A DNA stretch of 64,000 bases from Candidatus Poribacteria bacterium (lineage in GTDB: Bacteria; Poribacteria; WGA-4E; WGA-3G). The stretch covers positions 18,371 to 82,370 of the forward strand of contig OZ250160.1 of the NCBI GenBank assembly GCA_965237835.1. Reading direction: 5' to 3'. Position numbers and translations under genes: made by a program. Below, in pieces: positions 10,047-20,300 of this stretch. The notes beneath the pieces are model-generated. The model worked only from the letters and a program-made list of their open reading frames with translations, did no database searches and was not told the origin of the DNA. Numbering within the stretch: position 1 is the first letter of the stretch; each line of letters starts with the position of its first letter.

Positions 10047-13000
10047 CTATTTTCCTTCTAAAACATTGAAATAAGCATCTAATCCTTGGCGGAATTCTTC
10101 GGGTAGGACGCGTCCCGCTTTGCCAGTTGCTTGTTTCGGTGAGCGATTTTCGATGAATGCTTTACCACTGTCATCACCACTTCCCATGAGTCTTAGTGCG
10201 GAAATTATTGCCGCTAACCCTTGTCCTCCACCGCCCGGTGTTTGCCCACCACTGCCTCCACCAGGGGTATTTGGCATGCGTTGTGTTGCAAGCAGGATTT
10301 CGATTACTTCGCTGATAGCTGCGATAGCTTTTGGACCCGTGTCTGGCTTCGCAAGAATTGATTCTGCTTCGTCCATAACCAAGGCTGCTTGTGATACCTT
10401 GGCATGCTGCATCTGAATCAACTGTTCATCAATATTGGGTAACAGAGCTATTTCTCTTGCGATTTCATGGGTGTCCTCTGCGATATCGTATTGTGAGTCG
10501 CTCAATGCTTCGCTTCTTTCATAGTACTTGTCAGCACCGAGTGCATCTTTCGCTTGCTCAACTTCGCGCGTTTCCTCACGTAGTTGTATCTCGCGATTGA
10601 TGATGCGCAACACTTTTACAACGATTTCTGGTGGAAGATTAGGCAGGACCATCATCCCACCCTCTCCTCCGGGTGGTGGTTCGGGCAATGGATCTACCAA
10701 TTGTTCTGCCCACCGATCCAATGTATCCCCCCAATATTCTGCCTCAATGGTTGATAGACCGACAAAGTTCCTGTTAATAGATCGGACGAGATCACGCATC
10801 TGGTTCGCGACAGAAGCATCCTCCATCTCTGAAAGGACCCGTAAGTAGTTTGCAGAGGGACGTCTGTCGGCATACGCAGACATGTCTTGTATGATAGTTG
10901 TAACTTTTTTCGACTCAGCAGACTCAAGGTCCGCTAAACGTTTTCGTTGTGCCCGATTGTCTGTTCCTCTGTCTGCAAGACCGAAACTATCCAGATTGTT
11001 GAGATCCGCAGCAATGTCAATCTGTTTTCGTGAGGATGCTTTCAAACGTTTCACGAATGTGCTGTTTTCAAAACCGACCAGTAGTCTTTTCATCTCGTCT
11101 GATAGTTTGGCAAAGGCGTCAAGTAATTCCTGCTGTTCTTCGTAAGCCTCCAGAACAAGTTCTGATGCTTGTGGTGTTGATGCATTTTGATCTTCGTTTT
11201 GGTCTTGATCATCTCTTCCACTTCCTTTGAGTATCGTAGAAGGAATTCCCATACCACCTACAATTTGTGAAGGTGGTCCATCTGATGGCTTATCGGTTTT
11301 GTTGAATCCTGATTCAACATCTGACACACCAGGTGTTGGATTTTTAGGTGAAGAACCTTGTTTACCACCGCCTTGTGGCGGCTTGCTCCTATTCGCACTT
11401 GCTGAATCACCAGATTCGTTTGGATCATCCAGATCTTCATCTTCCTCCTCAGAGGATTCATCACTATCAGGACTGTCAACTCCATACTTTTCGAGTTCGT
11501 CTTCCGAATCGCTGGGTTTGCCTTCCGATTTACCAGCGGAATTTGACTGGCTATCAGTTGGAGGAGATTTGCTTTGCTGACCGCTATTTTCTGACGGCGG
11601 ACTGCTACTCTGTCCGGGTGTATCAGATGCCTGTCCGGGTGCCTCAGATGCCTGTGCAAGTAAATCTGCAACAGATGGCATTTTCTGTCCTGCGATCTCC
11701 TCTAACTGTTTGAGCATTTCAGCCCACGATTCGAGTTGGTTTGCATCAAATTCATCGTTTTTAGTTGCTTCTTGAAACAACTCTACGCCGCTTTCAATAA
11801 GACTATCAAGTCTTGCTGCGTTCGCACGTTCTGCGGAGGCTTGATTCTGTAAGGTCTTGCGCTGTGCTGGATCGTCAAGTTCTTCAGGGGTTAGTTCGCG
11901 CAGTTCGGTATTAGTTTGGTGTAACTGCAACTCTCTATCGTGGACATCCTTCGCTGCACCTGCCCAACGTTGCATCTGTCCGATTAGCCATTTGAAGTGT
12001 TCTGCTGGGGCAAGCACATGCAGCACAATCTGAGGTGAACGGGTACGTTCGCGGTTGGGAAAATAGTCCTCCACATAGGCACGCAAACGAAAACTCTGTG
12101 GCTGTACATTTTCACGTTCAACAGAGAATGTAGCGGGAACGTTAAGTTCCTCCGATGTCGGTGTACCTGATGACACAATTTTCTCGCCGATGGCTGGATT
12201 CGGGTTGTGGATCGGGTTCTTGATACCTTCCCACTCTAAGCCAACCTGCTTCACCCCGAAATCATCCCCCGCCTGAATCTCAAAGGCAAGTGTCTCTGTA
12301 GAAAGGATAACTTGATTGTTTTTTAGTTTTTTTATAGCAATTGTTGGTTTTGCATCGTCTTCTACCTCAAATTTTAGCACTTGCGGTTCACTTGCTTCGA
12401 GTCCAAAACGATCTCGCCATGTCAAACGCATCTCTGTTGTCGTATCTGTTGATATCGGTTCGGTCATCACGCGTGCCCCATCCACCTTCTGTGGACGATT
12501 GTTTAAAGTTGCTTCTGACAGTTCGCGTGTTGTGGTAGCCTCTAAGGTTGCGGTACTGCCTTTCACTAAGTTCACTATTCCGCCGCGTACATCATCTATT
12601 TTCGGTTCTTCGCGTTGTAGGTAGTCTGGCAGTTGAATTTTGGCAACAAGTTCTTTCAATGCTGGACGCAATTTTGGTTCAATAGGAATGGATCTGCGCG
12701 CATCTCCCACGCGAAGATTCACGCTGCCACCCTCAGTCTGTGGTGGTAATTGAAATTTATAGGTTGAATCCTCTCGTTCTGCGGCTATAGGTGTTTGATC
12801 TGCGTATCGCGCCTCGCCTGACTCAGGTTTCCATGGTGACTCGTCTTTCAGTCGTGCTTCAATATCAAAAGGCTCCGCATAAGCAACCACCCGAAGGTCC
12901 GGCTTGCCATCCAATTGTGCAAAGGTATACCGATCTACGTCACGCCACGGAGTCAACCATCGAGCAAGGGCATTCCGAGTCGTTGCGGGGATTACAAGTA

Positions 13001-13523
13001 TCCCGACGATGACTAAGACTAATGGCAAACCTACTGCCAATGTCCACCGACGGTGTTTCGGATTCGGCACAGCATCTGCGAGGTTGTGTTTTGCGACCTC
13101 TTCGTCAACTTGACGCATTGCTGCTTCAACTAAGGCAGGACTTGATAGCTGGTCCGACCTATTTGACGCAAGTTCCACGATACCGAGTACATGATCACCG
13201 AAACGGGGAAACTTATGTTGTAATAACTTTGCTATTCCCTCTAATTGCCGATTTCGCCACACCCACTTGTAATATTTCAACGGTAACAGCACTACCATCC
13301 CAACCATGCCGATTGCCAGGATGAGCGCGCGCAGCAGCGCAGGCGTATCAAAAATTCGGTCTAAGCCGAACACGATGAGATATGAAACTATGAGACCAAA
13401 TATTGCTGCTAACGTGCCTTCGGCAAGTTTGATTATCCATACCCGTTTTCGGTACTGTTCTAACGCTTTTTTCATACGCGGGGGAAGGTTCACGCCGTTT
13501 TTTTCTGGTTGTGTTTGGTTCAT
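10047..13523 (-). CDS. Large membrane-anchored coiled-coil protein (DUF4175-like) of the MoxR cluster
   Basis: N-terminal TM helices, AGDDFGV motif, low-complexity S/G/E region, C-terminal LPEEFRQGLDAYF. Confidence 0.75.
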   Translation of the reverse strand: MNQTQPEKNGVNLPPRMKKALEQYRKRVWIIKLAEGTLAAIFGLIVSYLIVFGLDRIFDTPALLRALILAIGMVGMVVLLPLKYYKWVWRNRQLEGIAKLLQHKFPRFGDHVLGIVELASNRSDQLSSPALVEAAMRQVDEEVAKHNLADAVPNPKHRRWTLAVGLPLVLVIVGILVIPATTRNALARWLTPWRDVDRYTFAQLDGKPDLRVVAYAEPFDIEARLKDESPWKPESGEARYADQTPIAAEREDSTYKFQLPPQTEGGSVNLRVGDARRSIPIEPKLRPALKELVAKIQLPDYLQREEPKIDDVRGGIVNLVKGSTATLEATTTRELSEATLNNRPQKVDGARVMTEPISTDTTTEMRLTWRDRFGLEASEPQVLKFEVEDDAKPTIAIKKLKNNQVILSTETLAFEIQAGDDFGVKQVGLEWEGIKNPIHNPNPAIGEKIVSSGTPTSEELNVPATFSVERENVQPQSFRLRAYVEDYFPNRERTRSPQIVLHVLAPAEHFKWLIGQMQRWAGAAKDVHDRELQLHQTNTELRELTPEELDDPAQRKTLQNQASAERANAARLDSLIESGVELFQEATKNDEFDANQLESWAEMLKQLEEIAGQKMPSVADLLAQASEAPGQASDTPGQSSSPPSENSGQQSKSPPTDSQSNSAGKSEGKPSDSEDELEKYGVDSPDSDESSEEEDEDLDDPNESGDSASANRSKPPQGGGKQGSSPKNPTPGVSDVESGFNKTDKPSDGPPSQIVGGMGIPSTILKGSGRDDQDQNEDQNASTPQASELVLEAYEEQQELLDAFAKLSDEMKRLLVGFENSTFVKRLKASSRKQIDIAADLNNLDSFGLADRGTDNRAQRKRLADLESAESKKVTTIIQDMSAYADRRPSANYLRVLSEMEDASVANQMRDLVRSINRNFVGLSTIEAEYWGDTLDRWAEQLVDPLPEPPPGGEGGMMVLPNLPPEIVVKVLRIINREIQLREETREVEQAKDALGADKYYERSEALSDSQYDIAEDTHEIAREIALLPNIDEQLIQMQHAKVSQAALVMDEAESILAKPDTGPKAIAAISEVIEILLATQRMPNTPGGGSGGQTPGGGGQGLAAIISALRLMGSGDDSGKAFIENRSPKQATGKAGRVLPEEFRQGLDAYFNVLEGK

Positions 13524-13609
13524 TGAAATTCTCCTATTGAAGGGCTATTTATTGGTAAAAAAGTCTTCATTTCTGAAACTGATTACTGAAATTTATTAAC
13601 CATCGTATA

Positions 13610-13699
13610 ATACAAATTAACTTGATTAGAAGTTTTCCGATAAAGTCAGCATTGTGAGGCACGGGGACCTCACACTACAAATCGGGGTAATTTGATATA
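13610..13699. mobile_element. Family-A MITE (a half copy also at 13758-13797)
   Basis: TIRs plus GTGAGGCACGGGGACCTCACACTAC core. Confidence 0.8.
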
Positions 13700-13797
13700 A
13701 ATCGTTTTTAGTTGTGCAATTCACTCTGCCTCTTTTGTCACAGTATTTTGCCATCTGATACCACATTAACTTGATTCGACGTCTTTAGATACATGTG

Positions 13798-14967
13798 TTA
13801 GTGTGAAAGGAGATACGATTCTGTCTTGTGTTGTGCCTCTATTTGGCGTTCCCGTGGCAGATAAATCGCAACTGAGATGCCGATACCGTGTAAATATTGA
13901 CACATCAAGGGGCCAACCACTTTCCAGTCCATACCTCCTAATCCACAACCAAGGGCAGGCATTGCAAGCGATTGAATGCCTTGCCTGTGAATATTGTCGC
14001 GAACCCACGCAAGTCCACCTTCAATATCATCTAAACGTGAGTTATCTTTCCAATGCCGTTTCGTCGCGAAAAGCAGGAACCACTTCACAGCATTAGGGGT
14101 AACAAGCGGTGTTCCAAGATCAGCTAATTCCTCATCCAATGAACTTTCACGTTTGTAGAGATAAGGTTTTGTTGCTGTGATTCGCTTTGCTCGGCAGACA
14201 TCTTGATATGCTACATAGACATCAGGGAATTGGTATTTGGCACGCGAGGCCAATCCTTTTCCCATAACCCCTTGAAGATTAACGCTAATAGTTAGTGTCT
14301 GCAGATTTGAGAAGAACATATCACCATCAATTAGTGAAATGTTATTGCCGATTTTTGTCCGACTGTTTGGTTGGAAGAACATATCTGGTTCGAAACTAAC
14401 AGTAACTTGGGAATCCCCAATAATTTCCTGGACAGTATCTCGCGCTGAATTTCCTGCAACATAGACTGTTTGAATATGTTCAGGTTTGACGTGGTCCGGA
14501 ATTAGACATTCTGCCATAATTTTCCGCTTGGATCCATCATCTCTATTCCACCAATCGCTCTGAATAATTGACCACTGCTGTTGAAGTACTTCCATGCCTT
14601 TAGAAGGATAGTAAAAGTGTGTTGTCTCATGCGCGGCGTTCCCATCCGTGATAAAAATCCCTTGTTCAGACAACACTTTTGTATTAATACCGACAACAGC
14701 AAGATTCCTTAAATCTTTTTCATGGACAACGCGGTACATCATAGCGTTACGAGGTTGGAAGTAGAGATTAGCATAAGACCAGAGATCCCTTGTATCAGGT
14801 GTCGTTATTTGGTTACGTCGACTGACGATATCCGCGTCATAGATAGGGGTTGGATTTACCTCTTCTGCTTCAACTTTTTCGTGGGAAAAAACTCCTCGTG
14901 CAAGAATAGAAGGGAGATTGTTTATATGCGTAATGTAGTAGAGTTCTCTTATATCCAATTTCTGCAT
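13798..14967 (-). CDS. darT: DarT ssDNA thymidine ADP-ribosyltransferase fused to a DarG-type macrodomain
   Basis: N-half: LYYITH, SRR, YANLYF..RNAMMY, TDGNAA, KIMAE. C-half: GDMF, VNLQGVMGKG, FATK, MPALGCGLGG. ATG 14967 is preceded by GGAGG; the longer start in the track lies within a MITE. Confidence 0.85.
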   Translation of the reverse strand: MQKLDIRELYYITHINNLPSILARGVFSHEKVEAEEVNPTPIYDADIVSRRNQITTPDTRDLWSYANLYFQPRNAMMYRVVHEKDLRNLAVVGINTKVLSEQGIFITDGNAAHETTHFYYPSKGMEVLQQQWSIIQSDWWNRDDGSKRKIMAECLIPDHVKPEHIQTVYVAGNSARDTVQEIIGDSQVTVSFEPDMFFQPNSRTKIGNNISLIDGDMFFSNLQTLTISVNLQGVMGKGLASRAKYQFPDVYVAYQDVCRAKRITATKPYLYKRESSLDEELADLGTPLVTPNAVKWFLLFATKRHWKDNSRLDDIEGGLAWVRDNIHRQGIQSLAMPALGCGLGGMDWKVVGPLMCQYLHGIGISVAIYLPRERQIEAQHKTESYLLSH

Positions 14968-15003
14968 AATTACCTCCCCAATTGACAAGCCAAATTTATG
15001 TCC

Positions 15004-15093
15004 TACCAAATTAACGGGATTTATCTCATTTTTCTTGGTATTAGGTGCGGTTAGAAACCGCACCTACCGAGTGGGATCAAGTTAATTGGGTAT
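15004..15093. mobile_element. Family-A MITE with GGTGCGGTT/AACCGCACC REP hairpin
   Basis: TACCAAATTAAC...GTTAATTGGGTAT; abuts the stop codon of the vWA gene. Confidence 0.8.
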
Positions 15094-17300
15094 TATATCG
15101 TGCCTGCCATTTTGCGTGCAACCCAGAATAAGCCGAGCAGCAAGATAATCGATCCTCCCCAAAATGGGTTTGCCCAGATACGTGTTCTTTTGACAATTGG
15201 TTCAGGGTCTGGTAGGGCTGCCAGATGATCCAATAAGGTTCCGACCTCAGCAATTGACACTAATTTACCATCGGTGATTTTTGCGATTTCGTCCAAAACA
15301 TCAAAACGCGCCAGACGTCCCTGTTGTTCCCGATTTAAGCCCTGCACTGAAAGATCCGTTTGAACGGAAGCACCCGTTTCGCTACTGGTCGCAATGAGGC
15401 GGTAGTTACCAGATTCTTTCGGCTCAAATGTTCCGACGAACAATCCTAACGCATCTTTTATGCCCGGTTGAAGTCGTATTGTCTCCGTTTTGCCTGATGG
15501 TGAAAGTGCTTGCACAGTAACAGTGCCCCTATCCAACGGACCACCAACGTTATCCATCACATTTGCATTTAATGTTAGAACGTCATCAACGTGTGGTCTG
15601 TCTGGTGAGTAGAACATTCGTATAGATTCGCCTTGTGCCATCTGCCGGCGATATGCCATCCATCGTGCAACTTGGCTCCAAAAACGATAGTGATATTTGT
15701 CTTCCACACCATGCCGCCAACGCCACGCGCTGTCTGTTCCCATGAACAGTACTTTACCCGTGCCGTAGGTCTTTGTTACGATGAGCGGCACGCGTCCGGA
15801 AACTGTGGCAACTTGATCATGCACTGCCAGAATCTCTGTGCCAACTTTTGCGCGTTTGATGCCCGCGTACCAGAAAAACCCCGGTAATGTGCGCCACACC
15901 TCGTCATTGTCAAGGTCAGTATCTCCAAGCCTCGTTAACAAACTACGCTGTCCGGGCCCAGTAAGTGCGAAATATCCTTGTATACTTGAACCGACACCAT
16001 TCGGTGTTGTTGGGTCTAAGACAACAGGATAGAGGTCAGCAAGGGGACCGCCAGTCAACGATTCTTGTGCTCCTGTCCGTCCCGGTAGGAAAACAATTCC
16101 AGAAGCTTGCGCACTGATGAGTTGCCGTAAGTCCTGTGCTTGTTCGACCGTTAGCTGCTCAGGGGATATACCGACATCCCCAAGGAATACCACATCAAAT
16201 TTGCTAAGTTCTCTGGCATCAGGAAAATTCTTAATGTAACCGCGTCCGCCTCCAACCTGTGGTAATTCGGGGTGAAAAAGCAGACAAGTTACGTCAACAC
16301 CTGCATCCCGTTCTAAAGCATTGCGTAAATATCGGTATTCCCAACGCGGCAAAGATTCAATTACAAGGACTTTCAACTGCTCTTTCCGTATAGATATAGG
16401 CGCAGTGAGTTCATTGTTTTCGGGAATCAGCTCTTCCGCCTCCTTTGCGATATTTAGTTTTAATGTGTAATCGCCTGTTTCCTTCGGTGTCCAAGTCATA
16501 TTTTCTTGTGCTTGCCCCATAGCGGGAACATTGATAGTTTTGGAAATCGTTTGCTCATCATCAATGCTTAAAGTGAGGGTGACCTCTTTGTCTTGTCCTA
16601 TAGTGTTCCGTACGACAAACGGAATGCGAAGTTGCTTTTTTGTTACGCCATAAGTGGGTGTGTCCATACTGACTAACTCAAGGTCAGGCAATGGCACCTC
16701 ACTGCCGATTCCCACCGTGAAAACGGGAATTCCTTGCATGTGGAACCGTGTTGCTGCATCCACTGGTGATTTGCCGATGTTCCAATCACCATCCGACAGT
16801 AGTACTACACCGCGAAGGTTGTCATGATTTTCCAATACGTGCGACAATCCAGCGTTAATATCTGTTGCTTCTTCTGCTGGGTCTAATAGCGAAGAGAACG
16901 GCTCGAATACTACGTTGAGTTCCGAATCATCTGCTGGTTTCCAAACTTCCTCGGACATGAGCGGTTGAATCGTTTCTGCGCGACTTTTGCGGTTAGCGGT
17001 GGTGTCTTGTTCGTTAATAACATCTTGTGTTTGCATGCTGATGGATTTATCCCACAGCACTGCAAGTGTGGAACGTCGTTCCAGCGGTTGGGATTCTAAC
17101 CATTCGGGTTGATTTAGCGTGAGAACTACGAGGCAAACGAGCACAAAACGTAGCAACTCAAGCAATCCGATTCGTTTGCGGTAACCGCTGCGGTGCCATG
17201 CGAACGAACATAATACGCCGGCTGCAATGACGAAAATTAGTCCCAGAATTATAACGGGACCGTTTGAAAAGAATTCAAGGTGTCCTTGTTGATCTTGCAT
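15093..17300 (-). CDS. vWA plus glutamine-amidotransferase-like membrane protein of the MoxR cluster
   Basis: DKSISM MIDAS-like motif, LLSDG, PRWEYRYLRNAL, GTDSAWRWR, terminal TM helices. Confidence 0.8.
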   Translation of the reverse strand: MQDQQGHLEFFSNGPVIILGLIFVIAAGVLCSFAWHRSGYRKRIGLLELLRFVLVCLVVLTLNQPEWLESQPLERRSTLAVLWDKSISMQTQDVINEQDTTANRKSRAETIQPLMSEEVWKPADDSELNVVFEPFSSLLDPAEEATDINAGLSHVLENHDNLRGVVLLSDGDWNIGKSPVDAATRFHMQGIPVFTVGIGSEVPLPDLELVSMDTPTYGVTKKQLRIPFVVRNTIGQDKEVTLTLSIDDEQTISKTINVPAMGQAQENMTWTPKETGDYTLKLNIAKEAEELIPENNELTAPISIRKEQLKVLVIESLPRWEYRYLRNALERDAGVDVTCLLFHPELPQVGGGRGYIKNFPDARELSKFDVVFLGDVGISPEQLTVEQAQDLRQLISAQASGIVFLPGRTGAQESLTGGPLADLYPVVLDPTTPNGVGSSIQGYFALTGPGQRSLLTRLGDTDLDNDEVWRTLPGFFWYAGIKRAKVGTEILAVHDQVATVSGRVPLIVTKTYGTGKVLFMGTDSAWRWRHGVEDKYHYRFWSQVARWMAYRRQMAQGESIRMFYSPDRPHVDDVLTLNANVMDNVGGPLDRGTVTVQALSPSGKTETIRLQPGIKDALGLFVGTFEPKESGNYRLIATSSETGASVQTDLSVQGLNREQQGRLARFDVLDEIAKITDGKLVSIAEVGTLLDHLAALPDPEPIVKRTRIWANPFWGGSIILLLGLFWVARKMAGTI

Positions 17301-17323
17301 TTTTTGTTAGGTCTCCGAGTGTG

Positions 17324-20300
17324 TTAATGTTCTCTTTCTTCGTCAATCTTTGCGTGTTCAATTTGCTCTTTCAGAAATGGGGTAAATTCATTAATCCAAC
17401 GATTAACTTTTTCCTCATTATCGCTGTTCTGGATGTCAACTAGTTTCTGTAGTTTCTCTTGATAGTGTAAACTAGCAGGTCCAGAGAATCCTTCTGTTGA
17501 ATAATTTGATATCAATGTACTTCTAACATCTTTCCGATCTCCATACCGAACAAGAATTTTTCGTGCTAGAGAATCATGCCATTCTTCTATCAAAAGGGTT
17601 TTTGGAACAAATTCACGGGCAAGATACCACGCGCGATTTTCCACATCTCTGTCAACCCATTCCCAAATATTTTCGCGTGGAATTAAGGTCAATGCCCCTT
17701 TTTCTTTTTCTGTCTCTGAAAGGTCTCCTTTTCTAAGCCAATTTCCTAAGGATATTGTTCTTGAAAAATTATCACGACTGTCCAAATATTCACTAACGTA
17801 CTTCCAAACCTCGGCGGGATATTCTTTAGTGGTTTCAGTGAGGAACGAGCAACTTTGTGAGAAAGAATCAAAGATTGTTCTATCATTACCGAAGGGAACC
17901 AGCATGAGTTGTACTAACTCTAAAGCCTTTTGAGAGTAAAGGTGTAGAAATACATTTGCTGTTTTTGTCCAATAGAAATCTGTCATTGTATCATACCTAT
18001 AATTATCGGATTCTTTAAACAATTCTGGATGTGAAAGGAGGCGGAATGTAAGTTCATCTGGTAAAGTCAGTTCTGGTTTCCGAGAAATGTAGTAATTGTA
18101 GAACAATTTCAACGCAATGTCTACAGCTGACCTATCTGTAATATTCACAAGAAATTCTACCCAAGCCTGAAATACACTTTCGGATAAACTAGTAATTGCA
18201 TTTTTGTATATGAATAATCCAAAATCGTAGATATTAATAATACCGTTTTCTGCCAGGTTGAGAACTCGAAGCCCCGCTTGATCAGTTAGACCCGAATATT
18301 GTGTAAGAGATGGTATTATCGCGTTAAGTGTAGTATCCTCACAGAGTGCGTCAAGTTGATCCTCCCATAGTTCCGAATCACTATCAAACATCGCATGGAA
18401 ATAACCACCCAGAAAATAAGTACTTGCATTGTCCCCCGCGTTTCGTTGAGCATCAAGAAGCGTCGGTAGAAGTGAAAGAGACTCATCTCTCTGTCCAAGT
18501 TCATATCCAAACTTATTGCCATTCTTTGCTTCGGTAGTCACAAGCCATGATAATTCCGATCCCAAAAGGACAGGATTATCTATAGATTGCTTAGCGAGTG
18601 TTTCAAGGTGAGGTTTAACTTTATCGACTCCGTCTCTGTCTTCAATAAGAAGGTCCTCAACCAGATCCATCCCAACATACCGTTGCATGAGCGAATGAAA
18701 GTCGGAACCAATTAATTCATCTCTGAGTTGCTCAAAGCGTTGTCGGATTTCGGACGGTAAACCTTTGTTGTCAACATAGGAATCATCATGAAATAAAATT
18801 CCGCTAATTGCTTCAATAATCTGTTTTTCGCTTGCCAATTTATGTTTGATAATTGTTCTAAATGTATTCACAACCATATCACCTAAGGTAGGAATCCTTC
18901 CGAGTGAGCCTGCACGTCCAAGAAGAATTTCTACAACTTCTTTACGTTCATCTGCGTGCAAATGTTCTAATTGTTCAGATAGAAGTTGCCATACTTGGCG
19001 GTAGGCATCCCAAAGTTCACCGTATGTTTTGGGTTCCCAAAGTTTAAGGATTCCGCGTAACCCTTGATATTCTGCTCCTGACATCCGTGAGAAATGATCG
19101 GATATTAAACCTTTATGGCAAGCTTTAAGAGCAAGGGCTCGTCGTTCTTTTGAGCCAGACTCAAACGCTTCTTTCAAGACAGGCAAACGTTCTACGGGAG
19201 GTGCTTCGGTTGGTGCCACTTTACCAGTACCTGGTGAAAAGAGTTCCGCAAACACACCACTAGCGTTATTTGAATAGGTTTCATTTTCCGCTTCGCCGAG
19301 GGCGAGAAGTAACCTTGCAGCATCAACAAACAGGTCCCGATGCATCGCAATTTTTTCAAGTGCCCATATCACATTCCTTCGCCCTCCTGTAAATTCCAAA
19401 AGGGTGTCCTTATCCCAGGTGCCTATCGTTCGCATCAGGCATTTTAAAGCAGACTCTGGATCTGCTTCAGTCAGTGTGAGAAAAAAACTACTGCCCAACC
19501 TTGTGTTTAGATATTCATTATTCTGAAAAGGACCGTTTGGTCCGAGATGACCTTCAACTATTCTTAATGCGGGTTCTGATTCGGAGGCGTACCGAAACAT
19601 TTCATTAAACCATTCAATCAACTTAGGAGGAAAGTCTTTAATGAAAGTATCATAGTCGAACGGGTTTCCATAAACTTGCCACCATTCCACCCATAACTTG
19701 ATTTGGAGTGCCTTTGGCGTTATATAGAGCGTACTTCCTCCTTGAAGGATTTTACGTTTCTTGAGGGTATCAATAATTTCTTGAAATCTGTGCCAAGTAA
19801 CCTGTGAATTAGCTGCCTCAATCTTTTTGGCAATTGCTTGTGCCTCAACCACAAGAGGTCCCCCAAAGCCAAATTGCTTAAAAAGTGCTATATACCGAAG
19901 TACCAATTCTCTCTGGTGAACTTCTGGACTATTAGGATTCTCTTTTCCAAAGTCAACGTAGAAATTCTTATACAGATAGTCATCAGTCAACAGTTGGGAT
20001 GGGTCTCCAGGGTAATTGGCTAGAATTTTACCTGTGTGCAGTGCCATTCGTGGAGAACCACCACAAAATTGCAGATATAGGTCTGCCGTTTCTTTAGGAA
20101 CACCATATCCCTGAATGATAGTGAGAATCTGCTCATCCTGCAAGTGCTCCATTTCAAATTCGGAAATACCGCTGCCAGCAATCGGGTCGTGGTTGTTATA
20201 AATGCTAATCAACTTAATTCGAGATCCACGGTATTGCAGTTTATCCCAAATATAAAATCGACTTTCCGGATCACACTCATCAATCACTAAAATAATAGAA

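Noticed and set aside
14968-15063. N-terminal extension of the DarT fusion given in the ORF track
   Set aside because: The start lies inside a MITE; a GGAGG RBS supports ATG 14967.
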